Origin: Camelus ferus
Taxonomy: Eukaryota
Direction: 5' to 3'
Length of the DNA: 64,000 nucleotides
Assembly (NCBI RefSeq): GCF_009834535.1
Contig: NC_045697.1
Coordinates: forward strand, 103,418,001 to 103,482,000
Of the stretch, positions 25,801 through 39,800 are shown piece by piece. The notes under the pieces are model-generated. The model ran no database searches. It saw nothing but the letters and a program-made list of their open reading frames with translations, and was not told where the DNA came from. Each line of letters starts with the position of its first letter. Position 1 is the stretch's first letter. The position numbers were made by a program, and so were the translations under genes.

Positions 25801-28800
25801 GATAATCCAGGATCCTCTCCGCATCTCAGATTCTTACTGTAATCATACCTGCAAAATTCCTTTTGTCATGTGAGGCTCTGGGGATTAGCACGTGGACCTA
25901 GCTGAGCGGCCCGTATTTTGCTTACTGCAGCACTATTACAAGCTCAGTGCGCAGCCACAAAGACTTTTTGGTAACATGTTCAGTTATATTTGTATTTGAA
26001 ATATTTTATCAAAATGACATTCCATATTATTTTGCTTCTTTTCAGTTAACAAGGTGAAATTTTCCATGTTGGAATAAGTAGATCCAGTGATGTTACAAAG
26101 AGAAGCCTCTTTCTGAAATTTTGAGAAATTTTGGGTTTGTTGTTGTTGTTGTTTGGTTTTTGCTATAGAAAAAAATGAAAAGAAGGAAAAAAGAAGATTC
26201 TAGGCTTCCCTCTTAAGGCTACCTGAAATGAAAAATGAAAGTGGGAATTTCAAGAGAAACATTCGTAGCTATTCACATATCACAGGTGAATGTGATATTT
26301 CACAAAGCAGTTGACATTCCAGTTGTGTTCAGCTTAGCTCCATTGAAACGTTGGAAGCTGTTGCAGATGGGCATTTGTGGTTATTTAACTGCTTTAGCAC
26401 CCATTCCTTTTGCCAATAGCACCTGAATTCCCTTGGAAAATTACCACTTCCCAATGGATAAAGCTTGTTGGGATCACAGAAAGTGCCAAGCCCACCTCTT
26501 AGCCAAGGATGGCCGCATGACCCAAGCTAGGCCAATCAAACACTACCTCCCCAAAATCCAAATTTTGATCAGAGCATTATGGACTAAATGTTTGTGTCCC
26601 TTCCCCCCATTGAGTTCATATATTGGAAGCCCTAACCCCTAATGTGATGTTACCTTTGGGAGGTAATCAGGGTTAGATGAGGTCATGAGGGTGGGGCCCT
26701 CATGATGGGATTAGTGGTTTTGTAAAAAGAGGAAGAGAGAGAGAGATGTTCCCAGCCCTGTGCCTATATCCCAGGGAAAGATCAGGTGAGGATGCAGTGA
26801 GAAGGTAACCATCTGGAAGCTAGGAAGAAAGCCCTCACCAGGAGCCAGCATCCACCAGCACCTCTACCTTGGACTTCCCAGTCTCCAGAACCATAAGAAA
26901 GAAATCTCTTCTTGAAACGACTCAGTCTGTGGTATTTTGTTATGGCAGCCCGCGCAGGCTAAGACACAGAATGACAATGACATTAAACATGGTGGATGGA
27001 CCTGCATCATCACAGTGACTCTAAAAAGATGGAAGGCAGGGGAGGGCTCAGTGAAATACAAAGTAAAATCCCTAAAAACAACATTGAAGCAGATCTCCAG
27101 AATTGTATACAAAAAGTTTAAGAATTGTCAGTCCTGCAGTCTTAGATAAGAGCTCTTGCTTTTATCATGAAGATAAAAAGGTCAAGGTAGTCCTAGGAAT
27201 TGCTCGAGTACTCCTGGGAACATTGACAGTGCCTCGGCTTTAGTAACTGATGTGACAATTTCGGGAGACACAGTCGCCACTGCCCCCGAGAGGTGGTGTC
27301 CACCCACCTCTGTAATCTGTAGCTGGGACACCAACCTTGAACAGCTTTAGTCAACATCTCAACTGGAGTTGGGGAGAGCAATAGGTGGGAAATAGCCGGG
27401 TAAGGGAGCCTACATTCTGGAAACACCAATGACTGAGAAATCAGAACGGAAAGGTAGTCGTATGCTTTGACTAATTCAGCAGTGATTTTATAACTATTTG
27501 ATCAAGCAACAAATGAAGGCAAATGCAGTACATTCATTAAAGCTCTTGGTTGTAAATACCAGAAACCCCACTTGATTTACGTTGAACATGAAACAGGAAT
27601 AATGGGAAAGATATTAGGGGGCTCCCAGAGGACAGGGAAAAGGGGGATGGTCAAGCCCCAGAGGCACTGGAGGACGAAATAGGGCAGGGGGACCCTCAAA
27701 CACGGGAACCAAGGACTTAAGCCATGGCATCACCTGTCTCTGCAGCTTGGCTTCACTCTTACCGACCAGCTCTCTCCACGCAGTGGAGTTCCATGGCTGT
27801 CTCAGGCGTCATCACCAGGAAAGAAAGGGCTCCCTCCCTCTACCCCCAGCTCTTCTTGGAAAATCCTGGAGAAGGCCTCTAATTGGTCTAGTTCCTATAG
27901 CCTCTTGGAGCCATCACCAAAGACAATGCCTAATACAAGAAGATTAACCATGATCCAGCCACTACGACGGGAACAGACAAGTCAGGGCTCTGCATTGAGA
28001 AGTTCCCACATGGTTGAAATGGAGAAATAACAGTTCTTTCCAGAAAGTGGGTGAGTTGTTTTCAAAGCAAGCGACAAGCAGCATTAGGTAGACAAGAACA
28101 ACAGAGGTTCAGTGAAGCCTGGCCGGGGGAGTATGCCAAGGACTACATCTGGATATTCAGTAGGCCTATGGGAAGAACAAATCTGGATAGCATTTGGTTT
28201 CATAAACCAACATCCCATCAAAAGTGAAGACAAATAAAATGGTACAGAGTCAACAAATATTTGTGCAGTTCAAAAGGAGCAGATTGTTTATTCCTGACTT
28301 TTGACCACTCTCTGGCTTTCTCAGAACAACACTGACATCGTCTTCCTCTCTGTGCATGTGGCGGTCCTGCTAAATTTGGCTTAGCAATCCTACTTCTGGT
28401 GTGTTTCATACTGTGTGCAGGAGATAAAGGAACTACTCTACACGGGCCCCCAACATGGGTTTCTTTGTCAGCTACATTCTAGAGGAAATGCTGCATGCAA
28501 AGTTAAAATGTATCAGTCTGTAGAGCTACACTGGGAAGATGCGTAGAACTCGAAGATGGGTGTGTGTGTTTGTGTGTATGCATACCTATGAAAATATTCT
28601 GTAAAGTGAAAGATAAATGGTCACTGAGTACCCTAATAGCTCAAACAACTTTTAAAGGAAAAACACGTATCTGTTAAGTTTGAATTATGACATTCATTTC
28701 TCCTGCATCATGAAAATGTTGATTTCATTAATCTTCGTAGTTGGCCAGTGATAACAATTTCCAAATAATCCCTTGATAGTTGACAGCCCTGCCAACTCTT

Positions 28801-31800
28801 TTCACAGTTATTAAAATCTTCTTCTTCTTATGGCATAAGTATGTATTACTGCGTATTTTTTCAAAGTTCAATCTCCTCATTCTTTATGAACTAGTGAAAA
28901 TAAGTTACTTTAAAAACGGTTCCTTACATTTTTACTGTTACTACAAATACATATTCTTTAGGCCTATGGACTAAAGTTGTATTATTTTTCCTCAGCAAAA
29001 ATGTTTTAGTAGCAAATCGCAAGTGAACCTAGGTAGGCAAACTTAAAACGGAAGCTCACCATCTTTGCCTGGGCCCCAGCAAGTGAGGACCCTGTGAGGG
29101 AGACCGGACTCGGGGGAGCTTACTTGGTGATCTCAGAGGGCTCGTGGGATGGAGTGGGCAGGGGAGAGAAGGGAAGGAGGAAAGCCCAAAAGGAGCCTTG
29201 GTGAGCAGACTACCGCTTTAGACAACCTGGGCTCACCTCCCCTGGGGGCGCTCTGAGAAGCCAGGTAGAACGTGCCCCAGAACTAACCCCCTGAGGGGTA
29301 GGCAAGTTGGAGCATCTTCTGACTCTTGAGCCTCACTGGCTGAGGGCTGACCTGGGAGGTATGAAATCCCAGCACTTCCAGGCCACTCGAACTGCCCGGG
29401 CTAAGAAGGGCCTCAGGCAGAGAAGCAGAGAGCTGTGGCACTCCAGGTAGCAAGGTGTCCCTGTGTATGCAAACAGGGAAACCAAGAGGTGGACCAGGAG
29501 TGTGAGGAGGGCATCACAAGTGGCCACCACGTTTACACCTTGCTCTGATCTGATCTTCCCTCGCCCACCTCAAGTTTACTCTGTTACTGACTTTGGGGGT
29601 GGGATAAATTAGGAGTGTGGGATTAACAGATATACATCACTAGATTAATAGATAAACAACAAGGACCTACTTGGAATGAAGGGAACTATATTCAGTTCCT
29701 TGTAATAAGCTGCACCAGAAAAGAACCTGAAAAATATGTATCTGTGTATATAGGTATAACTGAATCGCTTTGCTGTACACCTGAAACTAACATTGTAAAT
29801 CAACTACATTTCAACAAAATAAAATGATAAAAAGATTGTGACTGCCTGCAATCTCCAAAAAAGACCAGGAACAGCAGAATAAGTGAAACAAGCCACACTC
29901 TTCACTGCTGTGGCTGATCCCAAGGCCATAATCTATAGCCATCATCTCTCTCCTCTGTCCCCTAGTCTAGATTCTAGATTTCCCTTACCCTTAGCCAACA
30001 CTTCCACTAGACCAGTTGCTTGCTCGTAGGATGACCAGACCTTCAACTCTGAGCAGTTGAGCTCTGGTTACTTCCTGCTTGTCAGGCCCTGGTTACTTGA
30101 ATCATCCTTCTGTTGTGGGGCGAGAGGTTCTTGTCTTATCACAGAAAGAATTTAGAGACAAGACACAGAGGTTAAGAAAGCAAAGCAAGGACTTATTAAG
30201 AGATAGGTGGTACACTCTCAAGGAAACAGCGTGCACACCCAGGTGGGTGGCTGCCCTGGGTTTCCTTGGCAAGCTTGTTATATGGGGGTAAAAACGAATG
30301 GGCAGAATATTCATTGGCTGGGAGGGGTTTGGCATCATCTTTCCTGATCTTCATCCCAGCTCCACATTCCCAGATGGGGAGGAGGGATTTTTCATCTTTA
30401 TTTAGTCTCGATCAGGAAGTCGGATGAGGTCATAATGAACAAAAGGTTACATTCGGATGGGGGTATCATCAGCGAAAGTTTAGATTTGGACGAAGGTCAT
30501 AATGATTGAAAGGTTACATTCGGATGGTGGGGATTCCTGTCCTGTCCCAGCCTTCTGTCTCCAGGACACTTACCAACCCAGAAGGTATGGTTTTTTTTAT
30601 CAGTCCAGAGGATCCTGTTTTTCTTGGTCTGTCCAAGGACCCCCGTTGTTCACAAGATATATGGTTTTCTACTATTTGCCCATGTCCCCCTTTCTCTGCT
30701 CGTATTTAGCTGCCTGCCTGCTCTGACACATCTACCATCATCACCAGGGATAAAAGCATTAAGGAGTGTCCCAGTGAACCCTCCAAATTCCAGATATTTT
30801 CCTTTCTGTCCCCATTATGAAGCAGTAACTCCAACTCTACAAGATAATCAGTCAGTTACCCCCACCAGGATAGTAATTCCCATTTTTACCTGTTGATCTG
30901 TCAACTTGAGGATCCCCAAATCATCAGGTGACCATTACTGGCTTAGGTGCGGTAAAACCATGACTGTATACTTACTGAAATTATCCCCGGCTCTAGACAC
31001 ACATGCTGAGGACAAGGCCTTTGATCTGGCACAGCCTAAGTCACAAGGATTAAGAACACAATTTCCACGAATGGTCTCTGGGAATATGGTGAATGGGGCC
31101 AAAGCTACTCGGATCTTTTAATGACCATTCCTGTGTGCTCTACATATTGGGGATACAGCACATAAACTTATTACATATAGTGATCATTAGTTTAACATAT
31201 ATGCTGCATCCTTGAGGACAGTGACCCAACCATATAAGGTATCATCCTTAAGCTGATTCCTTAGCTGAATCTTTAAGAGGCTATTCAAATACTCTCTCAG
31301 GCCCCCTCAAAACCAACAGTCTTCTGATAAATGGGTCAGAGTAGTATTCTCAAGTGTAATTTTGTTTTCTTTTGTTTTGCTTAGAAATCCAAAGTAGCTC
31401 ACCAAGTTCTGTGCCTCTTTCTTGCGGTAGTAAATGTAACACATCCTTTTAGATAGGCTGGTCCAGATCTTTGGGCCTCTAAAATATTTCCTGATGGGGC
31501 AGACTTCAGAAACTTTGTAGGGTTTAATTCCTCATCCTCCAGCATGAGGCATTTTATTAAAGCAGCCAGCACACTTGCTCCTTCCAAAAAACCAAGTTCA
31601 ATTATAGGCTGTCATCGATGTAATGGCCCAGTATAAGGTTCTGCAGGATGTCAAGATGATCAAGGTCCCTGCCGATGGTACTGTAGCAGAAAGGAGGAGT
31701 TAACATACCCCTAGGACCAGGTGGCGAATGACGAGTAAACGCAATCCCTAAAACACAGCCTTTGGCCCTAAGCAGGAGGCTATTGCTAAAGGATTTTGCA

Positions 31801-34800
31801 TTCACAAGAGGAAGATAGAAATGCACATCCACTATCAGCATGAAGTCTTTTACCAAAGCAACCAGGGTCCTTGCTTTTCATGTGCCTTGGCTTCCTTACA
31901 GCAAGGTGGCCAGAGGGTCATTGTTCCTCTGACGTGGTAGCTCAGGTCTACAAAGGCAAACTGTCCCCATGCACAAGGCAGTAGCTGCATCAGCCTGTAG
32001 GCCAGCCTTGGAAATCACGCAGCAGCACTTCCGCTGCACACTGCTGCTCAAAGTGAGTCAGGTCCAGCCTGGATTCAAGGGGAGGGCAATTAGATTCCGT
32101 CTCCTGGTAGGGGAAGGCCAGGTTGCGTTCTAGAAAAGCCACGCGGATGAAGGACATTGTTGCCGCCATCTTTAGAAAATAAAAACGATCACATCTCCCA
32201 AACAGGAGCTCAGGCTCTGCTGAGACCTGTGCCTAGTTTTTGGAGTAGAGGCAGTGAAGGGAGGTAGGGGCAGACTTTGAGGTTGACAAGCATAACCTGG
32301 GAGGTGTCTGCTTCAGACGAGGAGTTTGTAGGGTCTCTAGGCAATGGGGAAGCTGTTCTCTTCACCAAAACAGGGTGAGGGATGATTTTGTCAGCTTGGG
32401 TGGTTCAGGGTCATCTAGGGGTGCAAGATTCTCTGGTGCACCTGCTCACATGTCCCCGTCCCAGTTCTCAGGGCCCATTTCCTCCCTACCAGGGCTTTGA
32501 CTTTTGTAGAAGAAGCCTGCCTGGCCTGTGCCTTCAATCTCCTTTTCAGTTCTGTTACCCTTATAATTAACTCCTGGCTTGATTTTTCACCACAGTCTGC
32601 CCTCTGCAGGAAATGGGAATCTCCAAGGAGACTTTCTGGCAGCCCGACTAAGACAGTGCTTCACTTTTAGATAGGAACAGTCAGATATCACCAGACATGT
32701 GTGGAAAGTCTAACATAAAATATAGATTAAAACAAACAGACAAACAAATGAACAAAGGCAACTTGGAGTAAACAAAGACAATGCAGCAAAATACAAAAAA
32801 CCAAAAAAACAAAAACCAACATTTAAACAAACTAAACAAACTTATAAGTGACCTTAGAAATATAAGATAAAATATTGCATCCATGAAATAAGAACATGCT
32901 GTTAAATGAAAAAAAGGGAAAATTTTGAGAATAAGCAATAACCCTTGAAAAATAAAAATAGATAACAGAAATAATAGACCCAACAGAAGGGCTAGAAGAC
33001 AAGTCTTAAGAAACCAAGCAAAAAGACAGAGAGAGAAAAATGAGAGGGTCAAGTAAATTAGAGGATCAAACCAGGAGACCTATCATTTACCAACAGGAGT
33101 TCAGGAAAGAGGAAATGTAGAAAACAGAGGGAGGAAATTATCCAAAATATAATTCAAGAAACTTTCTCAGAACTGAAGGATATGAGTCTCCAGATTGATA
33201 AACTCATGAGCACAAATACTCAGAATGAGAGAAAATCAACCCCTGACTTACAATCACTCTCTCCAATACGGAAGCCCTCATAGAATTCTTGGCAACTCAA
33301 TATCCATGTAGATACTTCTCCCTGGAATCCTGGCCACTCAGTTCCTTGACCTCCTTTCCTTCAATTATTTAATTAATTTTCATCATTTTTTCAGGCAACT
33401 TCTTCTCAGTGGTCAAATCCTAGACTTTGCCAACACCAAGTAACTACATTGATATTAACTTGATAATCTTAACTTTAAGCTTCCAACCTTCTGACCACCA
33501 TTGCCTATTTTTCTAGTTCCCTTTCACTCACATCCCAACTCCCAAAATATTTCAAGTCCTTCAGGACCTAAAGTCAGTAAATCTGATCCCACCACTTTTT
33601 CTTAGTTTCTCATCAACCTCTGATCCTTACCTGGTTTATATTTCACACTCTATCATTAAAAACATTGCTTTGCGTACACTCTCAACTCTCTCGCTCCTCT
33701 TTCCCTTAGGTGTATTTTCTTGATGAGAACTCTGTCCTGGTTTAATCCAGCTTTCTACTTCATATGGTCTCACATGCATGCAACTTAACAAGTATGGTGG
33801 AAAATCCATATCCATATTAGGGGGCCCTATTTTATTTATTTATTTTTTCTTTTTGGTGGGGAGATAATTACGTTTAGTTATTTGTTAATGGAGGTACTGG
33901 GGATTGAACCCAGGACTTCATGCATGCTAAGCAGGTGCTCTACCACTGAGCTATAACCTTAGGTGGCCCCATTTTAAATTCATTATCTCTCACCTCCAGT
34001 GAGCTTTTTGTGTTAGTTAGAAATCCTACCACCTTTTCCTTGTCTAGGTACTGTCCACTCTCCAACTTTTTTTCCTCTCCTACCCTCCTAAATGACCATT
34101 AGCATCTTCTATACTATCTCCTCTCCCCCAACCCTTCATTTAAAGTTAATAACCTTACTTCCTAATTCACTGAGAAAATGAAAGCAATCTGAAGTGTACC
34201 TCTGTTTATCCTCACCACCACATTCACTTGCATCTGTTGGTAAACTCTGTCTGTATCCAGACTATCCGTGCTCTGAGCTAAAATAATCTCTCTACTTGTG
34301 TTCTAGATTCCATCCACTTGCTTGTACATTCCAGTACTGGTCCCTTCTCTTTCCTGTGTCATTGATTGTTGTTGTTTTTCCCCCTTTCTTGGGTCATTCT
34401 CACCAGCCAACAAATATGCTATAATATTTTTCATTAAAAAAAAAAATACAACCTCTTCCTTATATTATGTCTCTGCTCCCCTTCAGGACAAAATTTAAAG
34501 AGTTGTCTATGTTTACTGTCTCTATTTCTGTTCTTCCGCTTCCTCTTGAACCCACTCCAATCATGTTTTAACTCTTGCAGGCAGATCTAATATGTGACTG
34601 ATGACCTCCATGATATGAACTCCAAAGGTTAATTCTCAGTCTTTTCTGACTTAATCAACCAGCAGTAGATCACCCCCTTCCTCAGAGCCGTTTTCTGGTC
34701 TTCTTTCTACATCCCTGGCCACTCCTTCTTAGTCTCCATGACGGAGTCTTCCTCTGCTCCCACATCTTTACTACACTGACATGCCCCAGATCTAAGTCCT

Positions 34801-36786
34801 CAGAGCTCTTTTCTGGATTCCCTCACTCCTTCATCGCTCTCACCAATTTTGTCATTATTTGTATGCTGATGACTTCAACACTTATCTGTCTAGCCTAGAA
34901 CTCTCCCCTTAACTCCAGACTCCCTTATCCAGCTGTCCACTTGAGATCTGCACTCATGTGTCTAATAGTATCTCCAGCTGAGAAGTCCAAACCTGAGCTC
35001 CTCCTCTGCCTCTTCATTTCAGTAACAGCAACTCCTTCCTTCCATTTGTTCAGGTAAAAACACTAGTGTGATATTTGACTCCACTCTTCCTTTATCCCAC
35101 CTACCATCATTAGCATATCCTGTGGACTCCACACTCGAAACATAATCAGACACTGAACACCATTCAATGCTTTCAGCGCCACTGACTGAAACACCCCGGG
35201 CTGCGTACATCCTGTTACTGCTGGTTGGCTTCCTGTGGTCACCTCCTAACGGGTCTCCCTACCTCTGCCCTTTGCTCACTCAGTCTATTCTCAACACAGT
35301 GGCCAGTATGATCCTTTAAACATATAATTCAGATCATGACATGTCTCTGCTCATAACCCTTCATTGCCTCCCCAGCTTATTCAGGATCAAAGCCAAATCC
35401 TTATAAAAAACCTCCAAAGCCTGATGCGATCTGGCCACTGACTACCTCTCGCACTCCACACCTAACCTCTCTCCCCCTGGCAAATGCCGCCCCAGCCAGC
35501 GTGAGTCCCTGCTGTTCCAGCCTCTCACCCTACTGGGCTCTTTACCCTGGAATGTTCACCGTCTGGAATGCTCTTCCCGCAGTGGCCTGCTCCCTCGCTT
35601 CTTCAAGATCTTTGTGTTAACACTTCAAGCAAAAAGGCAAAATAGCAATGTCCTTAAAAACCTTTGCTGGAAAAGATTTCCAATCTATAATTCTCTACAT
35701 TTCTAGAATACCAATCAAGTTTGGGGGTAGAAATGATATTCCAAAGCATGCAAGATCTCAACAAATTTCCCTTCTATTTCTTTTTCAGGAAGTTCCTGGA
35801 GGATGTGCTCCACCAACATGACATAATAACCCAAGAAAGAGGAAACAGGGCATCCAACACTGAAGAGAGGCAGCGGGAATTCCCAGGGTGATGGTGACCG
35901 GAAGTCCTGAGCACTGGCTGTGCAGCCAGCCCAGAAAGAGGACAGAGGGCTCTGGGAGGAAAGTACCAAAGTGGGGGAAAGGGACTGCGAGGTTGCTTGA
36001 CGTGCTTAGTCACAGTAAAGAGAGGGATGCAGCTGAAGAGTTTGGAGATAACACGAGAGTTACATAGAAGACCAGGGGGATGGTCTCCTGCGGGAAACAA
36101 AACAGCTGGACAAGAATGATAAAACACATCCATAATATTCAACATGCCTTGACTGCTAACAGTTTTTTCACAGCTTAATCAGAAATTGTATAATGGTTGT
36201 ATTGGGAGGATGTAAGAAGGGTGTGTAGAGGAGAGGGAATCGGAATAGAGCTGGAGTCTCCGCTTCCAGAGTAGGAGACTGATACATCACACCCGAACAT
36301 TTAAAAGTCAAGATACAGCAATGGGGCCATGTTACTGAAGAATATGTAGGTAAATACTAGAAACATTAGCTGAAAGATTTGAAAGTGATGCTCTCTGGGA
36401 GCGGAAATCAGGATAAGGAGGGAGGCTTTTTTCCTTATTTAAATGAAAAGTCTTGTGATAATTGACTTTTAAAAACTAAGTTTGTGGTCATTAATTTTAT
36501 GAACAATTTAAACAGAGTCAACTTGACTGGTTGCAGGGTGCCCAGATTAAATATAATTTATTGATGTGTCTGAAAGAGTGTTTCTAGATGAATTTAGCAT
36601 TTGAATCAAGTGGACTCAGTCAAGTCGGTTGCCCTCCCCAATACAGGTGGTATCATTCAATTCACTGAGGGACAGAAGACTCCACAAGGCACAGGAAGGA
36701 GGAACTTGCTCCTTTTTCCTGCATGTGGAACTTCTCAGCCTTCATAATTGCATAAGCCATCCTTATAATCAATTTCTCAAAGTAAA

Positions 36787-36818
<32 letters not shown>

Positions 36819-39800
36819 TCTATCCTATTGATTTTTCTCTGACGAAATCTAGTACATAAGTATAATTTCTTTGAGAAAAATAAAACAAAAATAAAGCAAA
36901 AAAATCTCTCTTCAAATCACACAAAAAAGAAAGCCATGAATTATATAAATCATATTTAATATAACTGATACGTAAGTGGTGTGAATTTCTCATAGATGGA
37001 AAACAAAGGAAATTATCTCAATGTGCTAGAACTCTGTGGGTATCTAATAACTCAGCTAACATTTCTCCTGTCTTCTAGGAAATGCCTCTTTTTTTGTTTT
37101 AGAAATGTCTTCTTTCTCCAACCCAAACACAAGCTTTTGGGTTCACTTATCATAATATCGCGTATCATGTACATAGGAGCAGGCACAGGACCCAATCAGG
37201 ATGATCTGAGTCCTGTCCTGGAGATTTTTGAACTGAATAGAAAAAGGCAGCTGTGTAAATGCAGCCCCAGCAAGTATGTCTCCTCCTGTGTGAAAAATCC
37301 TGTCTGGAACTTCTGGTTTAAGGCGCTGCACGTAAGGAGCTTGGAAGTCACCACTCCATCCTAACAACAGATAAAAAGCAGGATAGACTGAAAAATCAAC
37401 AAGTCTCCTTGTACCTGTAAGAGAGATGAGGTCACAGGGCAAACCTCCGCCCTCAAGATTGGAGAGACAGAGAGGCAAACGCAGGGTACCAGGGCTTACG
37501 AGAGCAGAGACTCAATACCAGAAACTCCAGTAGGAACAAGTGCCAGGGTAGGAAAACTGGAACTGGTTGATGAATTGCTAGAAGCTCAGTGTGGACAACT
37601 CTGAGAGTGAAAAATGTCAGGGAACCGAGTCATAGGAGTCCCCCCCCCCCCAATACTTCTATGGGTTTGCCTCTAGGAGCTCAACAAGCTTCTCACAGTA
37701 AATACTGGGAAAAAAATCCTCTAATGCTATTGGCATAGGGAAGGGGGAAAAACATTTTGAAAAATGCCAGAGAACTCTTCTTTTTAACAAGTCTGTCCCT
37801 CAGGGGAAACTAGTTAGCCAGTGTCTAACCTGCTGGGGAATTATTAGAGTTTAACTAATCTGAGAGAAAGGAAACACCTTTGTCCCACCCAATCTAGCTG
37901 CCCTGTTCCACCTAAGGGGGAGGGAACCTGGGAAGTTCACAGTTCAGAGGCACAGGCTCACTGAAAGACTGAGCTCCAATCCTAGAACTATAGAATACTT
38001 TCCCTCCCTTCCCACACTTCACTACCGCATCACTAAAGGCCTTTTTACAGCAGTTCCTCTTACCTAGTATCATGTCCAGCTATCAAGAAGAAATAACAAG
38101 GCATACTATAGAGAAAAAGCACAATTTGAAGAGAAAGAGCAAGCATCAGAGCCAGACATGGAAGGGATGTTGGAATTACCAGGTCAGGAATTTACAACAA
38201 CTATGACTAACATATACAGGCCCTAACGGATAAAGTAGACAGCATGTGAGAATAGATGAACAGTTTAAGCAGAGAGTTAGGAATCCTGAGAAAGAACCAA
38301 AAAGCATTGCTAAAAATGAAAAACACTACAACCCAATGAAGAAGGCCTTTAATGGGCTTATTGTAGACTGGACATGGCTGAGGAAAGAGTCTCTGAGTAT
38401 GAGGATATGTCAATAGAAACCTCCAAAACTGAAAAGAAAAGAGAAGAAAAACTGAAAGAAAAAGAACAGAATATCCAAGGACTGTGGGACAACTGCAAAA
38501 AATGTAGTGTACACATGATGTGAATAGCAGAAGGAGAAGAAAAAGAGAAAGTTACAGAAGAAATATTTAAAACAAAGATCACAAAGAATTTCACCAAATT
38601 AATGTCAGACGCCAAACCACAGATCCAGGAAGCCCAGAGAACACGAAGCAGGATAAATGGCAAACAAACAAACAAAAAACCCAGAAACAAAAACAAAAAA
38701 CCCCCAGCTATATCATTTTCTACAGAAAATCAAAGACAAGGAAAAATTCCTGAAATAAGGCAGATGGAAAAAAAAGATTCTTATCTACAGAGGGACAAAG
38801 ATAAGAATTATATTCAACTTCTCTTCAGAAACCATGTAAACAAGAAGAGATTGGAGTGAAATATTTTAAAGTGTTGAGAGAAAAAACCCACCAACCTAGA
38901 ATTCTCTACCCCGTGGCATTTTGTTCAAAAGTAATGGAGTAACAAAAACTTTCTCAAACAAACACAAATTGAAGGCATTTGTTGCCAGTAGACCTGCCTT
39001 GCAAGAAATGTTAAAAGAAGTTCTTTGGAGAGAAGGAAAAAAGTGTAAGTCAGAAATTTAGATCTATATAAAATTCAGATCTATGTAAAAGAAGGAGCAC
39101 CAGAGAATAAGTAAGTGAAGGTGAAGTGAAAACTTTTATAGCATATGTCTGCTTGTGTGAGATTCGGGTCAGTGAAATGAATGACAGCAATGAAACAAGG
39201 GGCAAGAAGGGGGAAAGAGGAGTGGTTTGTTCTTATAAGGAACTTGCACTGCCCATGAAGCCATGCAGTGTTATTTGAAAGCTGTCTTGGATTAGTTGTA
39301 AATATATATTGTAAACTGTGGGATAATTATTTGAAAAGTAAACAGAGAAATATAACTAATATGCCAAAAGGGAGAGAAAATGGAATCTTATAAAATGCTC
39401 CATTAAAACCACAAAAGGCAGAAAAAAGAAAAGAAAAATAGGAACAAAGAACAGGGCAACAAAGAGAAAACAGTAACAAGTATGTTGGATATTCATCTGA
39501 CCTTATAAATCATCATTTTGAGTGTCAGTGGTCTAAAGGCGCCAATTAAATTGTCAGCGCAGATAAAAACAAGACTCAAATACATGTTGTGTACAAGAAA
39601 CCCACTTTAAATATAAATATACGTACAGATGAAAAAAGTGGATGCAGAAAAAATATACCATGTTAACACTAATCAAAAATATACACAAAATGTTATGATA
39701 ACTCACAGAGAAAAAAATGTGACAATGAGTGTGCATATGTCCATGAATGACTGAAAAATTGTGCTGAACACTGGAATTTGACACAACATTGTAAAATGAT

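Larger units (their letters stand above)
29531..31760 (-). mobile_element. ERVL (ERV3-16A3-like) internal region with decayed pol, interrupted by L1 and ERV1 LTR
   Basis: Minus translation [23 protein letters not shown] (ERVL RT HYIDD motif) and [24 protein letters not shown] resembling ERVL RT EINPTKIQGP..KFLGVQWSG. Confidence 0.8.
32670..36480 (+). mobile_element. HAL1-like element (32670-33240 and 35620-36480) split by an L2
   Basis: Decayed ORF1-like A-rich sequence (atattgcatccatgaaataagaaca...gaactgaaggatatgagtctccagattga) resuming after 35620 (ttttcaggaagttcctggaggatgtgctccacc). Confidence 0.65.

Noticed and set aside
32681..33052. Hydrophobic 123-aa ORF resembling a membrane protein (similar at 38358-38696 and 54543-54833)
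   Set aside because: Antisense translation of A-rich L1/HAL1 sequence yields Phe/Leu-rich artefacts
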